A stretch of 64,000 nucleotides of DNA from Polyangiales bacterium (GTDB lineage: Bacteria > Myxococcota_A > Polyangia > Polyangiales > Ga0077539): assembly GCA_044229975.1 (NCBI GenBank), contig JBGARZ010000017.1:64001-128000 (forward strand), in the 5' to 3' direction. A program made the position numbers and the translations under genes. Each line of letters begins with the position of its first letter. Positions within the stretch are counted from its first letter, which is position 1. The notes beneath the pieces are model-generated. The model worked only from the letters and a program-made list of their open reading frames with translations. It searched no databases and was not told the origin of the DNA. Below are positions 50,644 through 60,581 of the stretch, in pieces.

Positions 50644-51534
50644 TCAAATCGGCTTCGGGTTGCCGCCCTCGTCGGTCGGGTGAAACAGGTTGAGGGGCAG
50701 GCGCAGGTACCGTACGCCGTTGGCGGCGACGCGAGGGAGGGCGCCCGCGTCGATGTTGACCCCTACGCTCGGCAGCAGCAGCCGGGGCGCTGCCAGCGTC
50801 GCGTCGCGCGTCCGGCGCATCGCGACGAAGTCGGCCCGAGAGGTCTCCGACAGGAGCTGCACGTTGGAACGCTTGGAGGCGCCGATGGTGGTCTCGAAGC
50901 GCATCGCGCGTCCGCCCGGCTGGTAGTCATGGCCGACGAAGACCCGCGTCGCGTCGGGCAGCGCGTAGAGGCGCTGGATGGAGTCGTAGAGGTCCTCCGC
51001 CGAGCCTCGGGGGAAGTCGCAGCGGCCGGTGCCGAAGTCCTCGATGAACAGCGCGTCGCCGGTGAAGAGCGCGTCGCCGATCAGGTAGCTCACGCAGGCC
51101 GGCGTGTGCCCCCGCGTCGCGATGACCTTCATCGCGAGCGACCCGGCCCGCAGCGTCTCGCCGTCGGCGAGCAGCCGGTCGAACTGCGACCCGTCGACAC
51201 GGAGGTCGTCCCCAAGGTCGAAGATGCCCCGGAAGTTCTGCTGCACCTCGGTGATGCGCGCCCCGATCGCGACCGCGGCCCCGTGCCGCTGCTTGAGGAG
51301 TTGCGAGCCCGACAGGTGGTCGGCGTGCGCGTGCGTCTCCAGTACGTAGCGCAGCGAGAGAGACTCGTGCTCGACGAATCGCGAGACGGTGTCGACCGAG
51401 GCGGTGCTCGTCTGCGAGGCGCCCGGCTCATAGTCGAGCACCGGGTCGATCACGACGGCGTCGCGCGTGGCCTCGTCGAACACCACGTAGGTCAGCGTGA
51501 AGGTATCCGGGTCGAAGAACTCTCGGATCTGCAT
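50644..51534 (-). CDS. Persulfide dioxygenase, Blh/SdoA-like
   Basis: [41 protein letters not shown]. Confidence 0.9.
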   Translation of the reverse strand: MQIREFFDPDTFTLTYVVFDEATRDAVVIDPVLDYEPGASQTSTASVDTVSRFVEHESLSLRYVLETHAHADHLSGSQLLKQRHGAAVAIGARITEVQQNFRGIFDLGDDLRVDGSQFDRLLADGETLRAGSLAMKVIATRGHTPACVSYLIGDALFTGDALFIEDFGTGRCDFPRGSAEDLYDSIQRLYALPDATRVFVGHDYQPGGRAMRFETTIGASKRSNVQLLSETSRADFVAMRRTRDATLAAPRLLLPSVGVNIDAGALPRVAANGVRYLRLPLNLFHPTDEGGNPKPI

Positions 51535-51576
51535 GGCGGTCCCTTTCGGTACGTCGGTCACGTCGACGTACAAGCC

Positions 51577-51591
51577 GCAATGGTCGTGCCG
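51577..51591 (-). promoter_or_regulatory. sigma54 promoter of the second pdo
   Basis: Minus strand CGGCACGACCATTGC, near consensus. Confidence 0.78.
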
Positions 51592-51652
51592 GTCGTCCGA
51601 TCGCATTCTCCCAGGAGGGCCGATGCTTCCGATGTAACAGGCGGTGGTGAGC

Positions 51653-51684
51653 CGTTTCATCGGGACGTTTCATCTCGTTTCATC
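51653..51684. repeat. Three exact CGTTTCATC direct repeats
   Basis: Starts at 51653, 51666 and 51676, between divergent sigma54 promoters. Confidence 0.8.
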
Positions 51685-51724
51685 GGATTGAGCCCGGTCG
51701 CCCCGACGTCGCGCCGTCCCCGTG

Positions 51725-51740
51725 TGGCATGTCGCTCGCT
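51725..51740 (+). promoter_or_regulatory. sigma54 promoter of the small Cys-rich gene
   Basis: TGGCATGTCGCTCGCT. Confidence 0.65.
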
Positions 51741-51818
51741 TCGGGATCCGCGACAGCAGACGGACCGATCGGCGGACCAGGCGCCGATGCGACCGAGCGA
51801 GGAAGGACGAGAGACTCC

Positions 51819-51998
51819 ATGTGCCAACGGGTGACCTGTCCGAAGTGCAATAAGGCGACGTTTGCGGGCTGCGGGAGGCACGTCGAGCAGGTGCTTCAGG
51901 GCGTCCCGCCGGAGCAGCGGTGCGTGTGCGACCAGCAGAAGTCCGCGCCGTCGAGCGACCCTGCGCCGAAGCGCAAGGGGTGGTGGCCCTTCATCTGA
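51819..51998 (+). CDS. Small Cys-rich protein (59 aa)
   Basis: MCQRVTCPKCNKATFAGCGRHVEQVL...RCVC; purine-rich RBS region. Confidence 0.8.
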   Translation: MCQRVTCPKCNKATFAGCGRHVEQVLQGVPPEQRCVCDQQKSAPSSDPAPKRKGWWPFI

Positions 51999-52016
51999 AG
52001 GCGCGAGGTAACGCGG

Positions 52017-52628
52017 TCACGCCGCCGCCGCGCCCGGTTCGCCATCGCGTCGACTCTGATCGAGCGGGCGGAGGCGGAGGGCGAAGGCGACCATCGTGGC
52101 GCCGAAGCCCAGGGCGTAGACCCCCACGCACCACGTCAGGACGGTGAGCGCGACGCCGGGCCGGGCCACGATCAGGGCGCCGAGAGCGATCGACGCGACG
52201 CCGGCCAGGGTGAGCGCGATGCCGCCGAAGAGGCGACGCCACCAGAGGCCCGCCGCGACCTCGATGAGACCGGAGAGGACCGCGCAGCCCGCCACGATGT
52301 GGAGCAGCGCGTAGGTCGGGAGCGATGGCCAGAAGAAGGTCACGAGACCGCCTGTGATACCGAGCGCGGCCTCGACGACGAGCGCGCCGCGGCGGTGTGC
52401 TCCGTCGGCGGGTCGAGGCCCGAGCGCGGCGAGTGCGGCCATGCCGTCGGCCAGCATGTAGGCCGCGAGGAGCACGACGAGCGTGCGCACCGTGGCCGCG
52501 GGCCAGATGAGTGCGGACGCGCCGAACGCTACGCCGAGCGCGCCGCGAAACGCGAGCGCGCGCCAGCTGCGGAAGTGGATGAGGATCATGGCGGGACCGA
52601 CGGACCTTTCTTGCGCCGGAGCTGGCAT
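52017..52628 (-). CDS. HdeD/DUF308 family membrane protein
   Basis: W..L..RG....FG...L.WP, Y...DG, repeated WP/P-G turns; sigma54-like TGGTCCGGTTGCTGCT at 52642-52657. Confidence 0.8.
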   Translation of the reverse strand: MPAPAQERSVGPAMILIHFRSWRALAFRGALGVAFGASALIWPAATVRTLVVLLAAYMLADGMAALAALGPRPADGAHRRGALVVEAALGITGGLVTFFWPSLPTYALLHIVAGCAVLSGLIEVAAGLWWRRLFGGIALTLAGVASIALGALIVARPGVALTVLTWCVGVYALGFGATMVAFALRLRPLDQSRRDGEPGAAAA

Positions 52629-52859
52629 GAGGCTCCGCCGGAGCAGCAACCGGACCACGGGCCGGGACCGGCTACAGCGAGCCGTGCACGTGCAGCAGGA
52701 GCGTGACCGTGACCGTGACGGTCAGCTGCGCCGCGGGGAGCGCCCCGACGCCGACGTCGAGCGGTCCCTCCAGGCGGAGCCGAAGGTGGGTGGGGCCCGA
52801 GAGGATGTGGGAGACGAGAGAGCGCACCCCCTCGGGGTCGACGGTCACCGGCCGGGTTG

Positions 52860-53054
52860 CACCGGCACGGGCTGGCGGCGAGCACCGCGGCGACCGCGGT
52901 CACCCTGGCGATGATGACGAACACGGTCGCCAAGGCGGTCATCGCGCTGTGGGCGGGCGGCGCCACGCTCGGCCGCCGGGTCGCCCTGTCGCTGGGCGGG
53001 GCGCTCCTCGCCGGGATCGCAGCGCTGGTGATCGCCGCCGCTACGCGCGGCTGA
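52860..53054 (+). pseudogene. 3' remnant of an MgtC/DUF4010-like membrane protein
   Basis: AVTLAMMTNTVAKAVIALWAGG resembles the final helices of that family; no 5' part present. Confidence 0.5.
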
Positions 53055-53068
53055 CGGGCGCCCCGGCG

Positions 53069-53545
53069 TCAGATGAAGATGATCTGCGAGCCGGCGGCCT
53101 TGTCGTAGAAGTCGACCGCGCTGATGACGTCCTTCACCTGCGGCGCGAGGTCTTCGCGCTTCAAGCGGAACATGTCCATCGCGAGCTGGCAGGCGTAGAG
53201 CTCGGCGCCCGCGTCGCTCAGGATCTGTAGGAACTCGGGCACCGGCGGGATGTCGAGCTTCTCCATCTCCTTGCGCATCGCGACGCTCGCGAGCGCCTCG
53301 ACGCCGGGCAGCCCGGCGAGCATCGCCGGGACGGGCACGGAGGTGTTGCCGACGAGGGACAGGTGCAGGTGGTCGGCCTTCCCCTTGGTGACGATGTCGA
53401 GGCCCCAGAAGGTGAAGAAGAGCACCGCCTCGATGCCGGACATGCGCGCGGCGTTGGCGAGAATGAGGCCGGGGTAGGCCATGTCGAGGCTGCCCTTCGA
53501 ACAGATGATGCTGACCTTGCGGATCGGTTCGTGGTTGTCGCTCAT
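53069..53545 (-). CDS. DsrE2/DrsH-like sulfur carrier
   Basis: SIICSKGSLDMAYPGLILA, FFTFWGL, YACQLAMDM. Confidence 0.88.
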   Translation of the reverse strand: MSDNHEPIRKVSIICSKGSLDMAYPGLILANAARMSGIEAVLFFTFWGLDIVTKGKADHLHLSLVGNTSVPVPAMLAGLPGVEALASVAMRKEMEKLDIPPVPEFLQILSDAGAELYACQLAMDMFRLKREDLAPQVKDVISAVDFYDKAAGSQIIFI

Positions 53546-53561
53546 GAAGTCCTCGCTCGGG

Positions 53562-53876
53562 TTACAGACACGATTTCGGCTTCGGGGTGCCGGCGATGCG
53601 CGCGATGAGCTTCACCGGGCCCTTCGGGAAGAGCCCGTAGAGGTCCTTGGTGCCCACCCCGGTGCGCGCGGTGATGCGGCGCATGCCTGGGGTCTGCCCC
53701 TGCTCCTGGAAGTCGGCGCGGACGAAGTCGATCACCCGCCAGCTCGCGGGCGCGAGCGCGACGCCGAGCTCGGCGGCGACGGCCTCGCCGACCTCCCTCG
53801 TCCACTCACCGGCGCGTGTCAGGTAGCCCTCCGCGTCTACTTCCACGGTCCTGCCCGCGTAGTTCTTGTTCGTCAT
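53562..53876 (-). CDS. tusE: TusE/DsrC-family sulfur relay protein (single C-terminal Cys)
   Basis: DAEGYL, W, LYGLFPKGP, IAG.PKP..CL; lacks the second Cys of DsrC. Confidence 0.85.
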   Translation of the reverse strand: MTNKNYAGRTVEVDAEGYLTRAGEWTREVGEAVAAELGVALAPASWRVIDFVRADFQEQGQTPGMRRITARTGVGTKDLYGLFPKGPVKLIARIAGTPKPKSCL

Positions 53877-53919
53877 CGATTGTTCTCCTTCACTCGTGCG
53901 GCACGCGTCGCGCGCCGGG

Positions 53920-55146
53920 TCAGGTCTCCGGGGGCCTCTCCTTGCCCACCATCGAGAGGCGCGTCGGAACGGGGATGGGCCGCGCCGGGAGCAGCCCGTT
54001 CCAGTACATCCACTGGAAGGCCACCTTGCCCCAGTGGTTGGCGCGGCTCTCCGCCAGCAGCGTGAACGGCCCCGCGAGGGGTAGCGGGTAGCGGCCGGGC
54101 AGCGGTTCCACGTCGTAGTTGAAGTCGATTAGCATCGCCTTGCCGCCGCCCGTCTCGACGAAGCAGTTGGCGTGGCCGTCGAAGCCGCCTTCGGTGGGGC
54201 GACCCTCGGCGATGCGCACCAGGTCGTGCACGAGGGTCTCGGCCTGGAAGTGCGCGACGCTGCCGGCCTTCGAGGTGGGGAGGTCGGTCGCGTCGCCCAG
54301 CACGAAGACGTCGTCCATTCCCTTCGCCCGCAGCGTCCCCGGGTCGGTGGGAATGAACGCGAGCTCGTTGCCGAGCTTCTGGCGCTCGACCCACGCGGCG
54401 CCCGAGTGGGTGGGCACGCTCACTAGGAGATCGAAGGGCTCCTCGCGGTCGTCGAAGGAGCGCAGGACGCGCCGCGCGCCGTCGACGGAGCCCGTGTTGA
54501 ACTCGGTCACCACCTTGATGCCCTTGTCCTGGATGAGGTGCGCGAGCCGCTTCGCCGCGAGTGGCTTGGTGAACACCGCGTCGAGCGGCGTGACGAACAC
54601 CACCTCCGTCCTCTCGCGCAGCCCCCGCCGCTTCAAGAACTCGTCGGCGAGGAACAGGAACTCAAGCGGCGCCACCGGGCACTTGATGGGCATCTCGACC
54701 ACATTGACGACCAGCCGCCCTCCCGCGAACTGGTCGAGCGCCGCGCCCAGCCGACGCGCCCCGTCCAGCGTGTAGAACTCGTGTGCGCTCGCCTCGGCGT
54801 CGGCCAGGCCCTCCAGGAGGTCTGGGCGGATGCGGCACCCCGAGGCGATCACCAGCACGTCGTACGGGACCGTGTCGCCGTCGGACAGCGTCACCTCGCG
54901 GCGCACGGGGTCCACCGCCTCGACGCCCTGGCGCACCCACTCGACGCCGTGCGCGAAGGTGTCCTCCCGCGGCCGCGACAGCTCCGTCGATCCGCCGAAC
55001 GGCACGAACAGCAGGCCGGGCTGGTAGAGGTGCTCCGTCGCGGGGTCCACGACCGTCACCACCCAGTCGGCGGGAAGTCGATGCTGGCTCGCGTTGGCGA
55101 CGATGGTCCCGGCGGTGCCCGCCCCAAGGATGACGAGGTGCTTCAT
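53920..55146 (-). CDS. sqr: Sulfide:quinone oxidoreductase-like flavoprotein (type III-like)
   Basis: GAGTAG, HLYQPG, IKCPVAPLE, GDAT..PTSKAG, FDGHANCF. Confidence 0.82.
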   Translation of the reverse strand: MKHLVILGAGTAGTIVANASQHRLPADWVVTVVDPATEHLYQPGLLFVPFGGSTELSRPREDTFAHGVEWVRQGVEAVDPVRREVTLSDGDTVPYDVLVIASGCRIRPDLLEGLADAEASAHEFYTLDGARRLGAALDQFAGGRLVVNVVEMPIKCPVAPLEFLFLADEFLKRRGLRERTEVVFVTPLDAVFTKPLAAKRLAHLIQDKGIKVVTEFNTGSVDGARRVLRSFDDREEPFDLLVSVPTHSGAAWVERQKLGNELAFIPTDPGTLRAKGMDDVFVLGDATDLPTSKAGSVAHFQAETLVHDLVRIAEGRPTEGGFDGHANCFVETGGGKAMLIDFNYDVEPLPGRYPLPLAGPFTLLAESRANHWGKVAFQWMYWNGLLPARPIPVPTRLSMVGKERPPET

Positions 55147-55161
55147 GCCGGTCGATCACGG

Positions 55162-55177
55162 AGCAGCGTCCGTGCCG
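55162..55177 (-). promoter_or_regulatory. sigma54 promoter of sqr-tusE-dsrE2
   Basis: Minus strand CGGCACGGACGCTGCT. Confidence 0.68.
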
Positions 55178-55229
55178 ACCACCGCGAGCCGCGCCTTGCG
55201 CCACCCAGCGAGGCGGCTCGGCCTGCGCG

Positions 55230-55265
55230 GTGCAGGTCCTGCGCCTCCGAGCGCAAGGCGTGCTC
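55230..55265. promoter_or_regulatory. Tandem GCGCA-N5-TGCGC-like sites
   Basis: GTGCAggtccTGCGC (55230) and GCGCAaggcgTGCTC (55251), one mismatch each. Confidence 0.65.
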
Positions 55266-55444
55266 GATGCGCCCGACCGCGACAATGTCGACGGCTTCGC
55301 GGGCGGGAACGAGGGGGCGGGTGGTGAACATCGATCCCGGGCCAGGGCGGGCGGCGTGCCGAGATCGGCGGTGGCGCGGTGCCGACCGCTCGGCCTCCTG
55401 GACGTCACGGAGCGACGCGACCGACCCACGGCATCGCGATCGGT

Positions 55445-57946
55445 TCAGCGGGTGCGGCGGAGCGACGCGCGTCGATCGGAGGGGGCGCCGGGATCGCGCC
55501 CCGCGTGGAGCGCGGAGAGCCGCCGGGAGTAGCGCCGGAGCCTCGCGACCGCCCGGCCGTGGACGCTTGCCGGGGGAAACTCGCCGTCGCGCCCGGCGGT
55601 GCCGACCTCGGCGCCCGAGAGGAGCGCAAGTGCCTCGTCGGCCGTGCGCACGGCCCACACGTGAAAGAGCCCCTCGCGGACCGCCTCGACGACCTCGTCG
55701 TCGAGCACGAGGTGCACCGCGTTGGCGAGGGGGATCAGTACGCCCTGGTCGCCCGTGAGGCCCGCGTCGCGGCAGGTCTGGAAGAAGCCCTCGATCTTCG
55801 CGTTGACCTCCCCGACGGGCTGGAGCTGGCCGCGCTGGTCCAGGGACCCGGTGACCGCGACGCCCTGGTCGAGGGGCGCGTCGGCGAGCGCGGAGATGAG
55901 CGCGAGCAACTCGGCGAGGGACGCCGAGTCGCCCTCGATCGGTCCGTAGGATTGCTCGAAGGTGAGCGTCGCGGCGAGGGACAGCGGCTCGCTGCCGCCG
56001 TACAAGCGCACGAGATAGCCGCGGAGGGTCAGGACCCCTTTGGCGTGGATCGCGCCCGAGAGGTCCACCTCCCGCTCGACGCTGCACACCTCGCCGTCGC
56101 CGGGCCCGACCGTCGCCGTCACGCGCGCCGGGACGCCGAAGCAGGCGTCGCCGGACTCGACCACGGTGAGGGCGTTCACCTAGCCGACCTGTTGGCCGGC
56201 GGTCTCCACCAGGAGGACACGCCGGGCGATCTCCGACCGGATCGACCGCTCCAGCAGGCCGGAGCGCGCGCGGCGGGATCGGATGGCGCGGTCGACGTCC
56301 TCGGCCACGATCCGATCGCGCCCCGCCTTGCCCGCCCAGAAGCTGGACTCGCTCACGGTGTCGGCGAGGTCGCCCAGTCGCGTCGACAGGCGACCCTGCC
56401 GTCCGCACAGCCGCGCGCCGTGCTCGATGGCGCGGGCGATCGCGTCCGCGCCCAAGGGGCGGAGTTCGCGCTCGATCACGCAGCGGCTCAGGAACCCCGC
56501 GTAGAGGCTCATCGCGTCGTCCGACCACGGGAGGTCGGGGGCGAACTCAACCTTGACCTTGAAGAGCTCACGGAAGTCCGGGTCGAGGGCGAAGAGCATC
56601 TGGTAGCGCTCCTCGGTGCCGATGAGCACGACCTTCACGTCGAGCGGAATCGCCGCGGGCCGCAGCGCGACGGTCGGCAGCGGCGAGCCGTCACCGCCGC
56701 CCTCCAGCCGGACCTCCCTCCCGACCAGGGCGCGCTTGAGCACCGACCAGGCGTCCTCGGTCTCCAGGAGGTCGTCGGCGCGCACGACGAGGAACCCGCC
56801 GTTCGCGCGGTGCAGCGCGCCGGGCCGCACCTGGAGGAAGTCCGTCACCAGGCCGTTCGCGGTCGCGCGGTAGTCCGTCCGTCCGGTGAGGTTCTCCGCG
56901 GTCGGGTGCGCCTCCACGACGACCGGGGCCCCCGCCGCGGCCGTGTGGTCGATGAACACGTTGACCTCGTAGCGCGTGAACGGCGTCGGCCGGCTCCGAC
57001 CGGCTCCGACGGCGGTGCCGTCTACCTCGACGTCTGCGTCGCGCTCCGATCCGTCCTCGTCGAGGTCGGTCGGCCCCGGCGGGGTGAGGTCCTGCGCGCG
57101 GTCGACGACGTCGGCGCCCACCCGCGTCAGGTGGTCGAGCACCGGGGCGACGTCGGCGTAGCGGGACTTCAGGTCCGCGAGTAGTGGCTCAACGGCAGCC
57201 TGCACGGCGTCGCGCTCGAAGGCATGCCGCTTCTCCTCCTCCTCGCGCTCCACCAGACGGAGCTGGCGGACAACGGCTTCGATCTCCTGCCCGAAGCGCT
57301 CGGTGCGCTGCGCGAGGGAGTCGCGCTCCTCGGGGGCCAGCGCCGCAAACTGCTCCTCGGTGATCGACTCTCCATCAACGAGCGGCGTCGAGGTGAGGCG
57401 CCCGAGCGAGTAGTCCACCCGAAAGCCCTGGGCGACGCCGACGGCGCCTGCCTGGACCACGACCTCCTTCCTTCGCCGCGCGACGTCGGCGAGCGAAGCG
57501 CGGAGACGCCGGTCGTGGTCCTCGCTCTCGAACGCGCGACGGATCGCCCGCTCGGCGTCGCGGGCGAAGGAGGCCATCTCGCGCGCCAGGCCCGCCGCGC
57601 GTCCGCTGGGGAGCGACAGCGCGAGCGGCCGGTCGGGGGACGAGAAGTTGTGGACGAAGACCCAGTCGGGCGGCGCGGGCCGGGCGCCGGCCGCGGCGCG
57701 AAGATGGGCCAGGACCGCGGTCGTGCGGCCCGAGCCGCTGTCGCCCGCGACGTAGAGGTTGAAGCCCGGCCCGCGCGCCTCGACCCCGAACGCGAGCGCG
57801 TCGAGCGCGTCCTGCTGACCCAGCAGGCTGTCGCACGGGGGGACTTCGGCGGTGGAGTTGAAGGGCAGCGTGGAAGGGTCGAGGTGCGCGCGCAGCTGGT
57901 CGGCGTGCAGCGCCGCGTGCTCACGAATCGGGCGGTACGTCGTCAT
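55445..57946 (-). pseudogene. Lon-like (LonB/YcbZ-type) ATP-dependent protease with an in-frame TAG at 56180-56182
   Basis: GDSGSGRTT, GALHRANGG, FKVKVEF; VG*VNAL; EGDSAS and VNAKIEGF catalytic motifs follow in the same frame. Confidence 0.88.
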
Positions 57947-57958
57947 CGACCGCCGGTG

Positions 57959-58088
57959 AGCAAGGACAGGGCCGTGGCCTGCACCCCACCGCGCGTCCGC
58001 GAACTCAGGAGCAACGCGCAGGTGTTGCGCCGGATGCGCAACCCCGGCGTCGGGGCACGGGTCTCACCGTGACGGCACGCCCGGTGCT
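57959..58088. promoter_or_regulatory. Divergent sigma54 promoters flanking a GCGCA-N5-TGCGC site
   Basis: Minus CGGCCCTGTCCTTGCT (57959-57974); perfect GCGCAggtgtTGCGC (58016) plus a GCGCA half-site (58036); plus CGGCACGCCCGGTGCT (58073-58088). Confidence 0.65.
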
Positions 58089-58106
58089 CAACGAAGACGC
58101 GCTGCC

Positions 58107-58507
58107 ATGAAGCCCAAGATCCTCGTTCCGGTGGACGCGACCTCCCATTCGGCTCTGCTTCCGGTCGCCACCAACGAGGCGCGGTGGCGCGGCGCGGAGC
58201 TGGTCCTCTTGCGGGTGGTGTCGTCGTCGACGCAGCTGCCCCCCGACGTCCCTGCGCGGCCGACGGAGAGCGGCGCGACGCTGCTCGCCCGCAGCGCCCG
58301 CGCCTCTCGGCCGACGTCGACGTGAGCGTGCGGGTGGAGTTCGGGTCGCCCTGGCGGGTCATCGTCGAAGCCGCGGAGGACGAGCGTGCGGCGCTCATCG
58401 TGATGGGCGCGCACGACCAGAGGCTGCTCGACAGTTGGCTCGGCACGACGACCACCCGCGTGCTCGAACACGCCGGGTGTAGCGTGCTGGTGGTGCGGGA
58501 CGCTTGA
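58107..58507 (+). pseudogene. Universal stress protein with deletion/frameshift near 58305
   Basis: KILVPVD..EARWRGAELVLLR in one frame, VRVEFG..LIVMGAH..LGTT in another; paralog of 15254. Confidence 0.82.
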
Positions 58508-58548
58508 AGCGCCCGGACACGCCAGGCCGACGTGCCTGGCGGGGCCCG

Positions 58549-59220
58549 TCAGTGCCAGGGCTCGACGCGGAGCCGGTCGACGACGGCGCGCACCCCCTGC
58601 GTCGCACCGGCGGCGTTCAGGGCCGCCTGACGCTCGGCCCAGGAGCGTACGGATCCGGTGAGGGTGACGCGTCCGTCCTCGTCGGTGATGTCGAAGGAGA
58701 GTGCCTCGTCCCGGGCCTGCCGGGTGAGCGCCTCCCTGACCGCCGTGCGGACGTCCGCCGGTGCAACCACCGGGGCGACGGTGAGGCGGTTGTCGATGCC
58801 GTGCACGCCCGCGAGGTGGCGCACGGCCTCCTCGGCGTCGTCGCGCTGGCTCAGGCACTCGACGACACCTTCGAGGGTGATGACCCCCTGGGCGACGGTC
58901 GTCTGGATGGCCTCGTCGGGCACGCGGACGTCCCACTCCAACGCCCGCCTCGTCGCCTTCGCGATGTCCGCATCGGTGCGCCGCAAGTCGCCGGGGACGT
59001 GCGTCACGAGGTCGTTGGCGACGTCGCGGACGCCCGCGACGCGGTGGGCCGACTGCTGGGCGGCATGTCGCTGGGCCCACGAGTCGACCGTGCCGGAGAG
59101 GGTGACCACGCCGTCCCGCACGCTCACGCCGACGGCGGCGGCGATCCGGGTGTCGAAGCACAGCTGGTTCTGCACGTCGGTCTGGAGCTGGAGGTCGGAC
59201 TTCTTCGGCGTGACTTGCAT
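58549..59220 (-). CDS. Triple BON-domain protein
   Basis: Close paralog of 41405 (shared QQ.AHRVAGVRDVAND and RTDADIA). Confidence 0.88.
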   Translation of the reverse strand: MQVTPKKSDLQLQTDVQNQLCFDTRIAAAVGVSVRDGVVTLSGTVDSWAQRHAAQQSAHRVAGVRDVANDLVTHVPGDLRRTDADIAKATRRALEWDVRVPDEAIQTTVAQGVITLEGVVECLSQRDDAEEAVRHLAGVHGIDNRLTVAPVVAPADVRTAVREALTRQARDEALSFDITDEDGRVTLTGSVRSWAERQAALNAAGATQGVRAVVDRLRVEPWH

Positions 59221-59272
59221 GGCGTTCCTCGATGATCCGCCTGCGACGGGAGGGGCGGGCGGTGATGCTCTC

Positions 59273-59520
59273 AGCACCCGCTGTGCCGCGCGCCGAGGAT
59301 GCGAAGTTCGGGGCGCGAGCGAGCTTCGTGCGCAGGTCGCGCAGCGATTGCGCCGACCCGTGCGCTTGATGCGCCCGCGTGTCGGCGACCACTGTCCTGG
59401 GGCCGAAGCAACGTGTGCTCACGAGGGCATGGCTTGTGTCGCGCGCAAGGCTGCGTGCACCCGGCGACATCCAGTTTGGGAGGAGACGGTCGGTCCTGCC
59501 CGCGCGGCACACCCTCTGCT
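59273..59520. promoter_or_regulatory. Divergent sigma54 promoters with tandem GCGCA-N5-TGCGC sites
   Basis: Minus CGGCACAGCGGGTGCT (59273-59288); perfect GCGCAgcgatTGCGC (59339) and GTGCGcttgaTGCGC (59360); plus CGGCACACCCTCTGCT (59505-59520). Confidence 0.68.
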
Positions 59521-59531
59521 GTGACGCTCGC

Positions 59532-60573
59532 ATGAAGAGAGTGCGCGATGTCGGGACGGTGGCCCAGTGGATGACATCCCAGGAGGAGACGGTCGGACGC
59601 CGCACGTCGCTGGCCGTCGCGCGCATCGCGATGGCACGCACACGGCTCGAACACCTGCCGGTGATGCACGAGGGCTCCCTCGTCGGCGTGCGCACCGCGA
59701 GCGACCTCGCGCGCCTGGAGACGCTCGGCGTGGCGCCCGATCGGTCTGCGGCGGAGGCGATGCGCACCGACGTCTTCGCCGTGGGGGCCGAAGAGCCCGT
59801 CGCGCGCGCCGTCGCGCCCATGGCCGCGGGTGGGGGCGGCCTCGCGGTGGTGATGCGCGACGGTCACGTCGTCGGAGTGTTCTCCGCGGCCAACGCGCTG
59901 CGCTCCGCTGGGGGCGATCTGCGGGCCGCTGACGAACCCACGGTGCCGGAGCTCGCGGCGCGGGCCCGGGCGGCCCGGGGGCTATGCGCTCGCCGTCATC
60001 GCCGGCTCCGCGGGGGCCATCCGTCCGCTGGTGCGGACCCTGGGCGCGCTGCCGCGGACCTTTCCGTTGGCGGTCGTCGTGGTGCAACACCGGGCGTCGC
60101 GCCCGCACGACCTGCTCGCGCAGCTGCTGCGCCGGACGGGATCGCTGCCGATCGTCGAGGTCGTCGACGGGGCACAGCTCACGCCGGGTACCGTGCACCT
60201 GGCCCCGCCGGACCTCCACGTCGAGACCGGCCCCGGCGGAGTCCTCGAACTCCACGACGGGCATCGCATCGCGGGCGTGCTCTCGTCGGCGGACCCGCTG
60301 CTCGAGAGCGCGGCCCGCGAACTCGGTCCGCGGGTGATCGCGGTGATCCTCTCGGGGAGGGGATCCGACGGCGCCTTCGGCGTGCGCGCCGTCGGCAAGG
60401 CCGGCGGCACCGTACTCACTCAATCGACCGGCAGCGCGGACTTCGACGGGATGCCCGCGTCGGCGCTCGCCACTGGCTGCGTGGACCTGTCGCTCGGCGT
60501 AGACGCGATCGGGCCGGCGCTCGTGCGACTCGCGCGCGAGGCTCGTCCCGTCGACGCTCTCGCGGATAAGTGA
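59532..60573 (+). pseudogene. CBS-pair + CheB methylesterase, probable fusion split by a +1 frameshift near 59905
   Basis: The CBS frame has no nearby stop. The CheB frame (AGSAG, VQH, SGRGSDG, GMP) is open from 59908 with no start codon before the catalytic Ser. Confidence 0.65.
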
Positions 60574-60581
60574 CCGCGCGG

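Noticed and set aside
52703..52720. GTGACC short tandem repeat
   Set aside because: Only about three units; explained by low-complexity coding sequence and too short to call functional.
53562..53876. Dissimilatory sulfite reductase (Dsr) pathway
   Set aside because: Only the terminal Cys is present (TusE type), and there is no dsrAB or dsrMK in the window.
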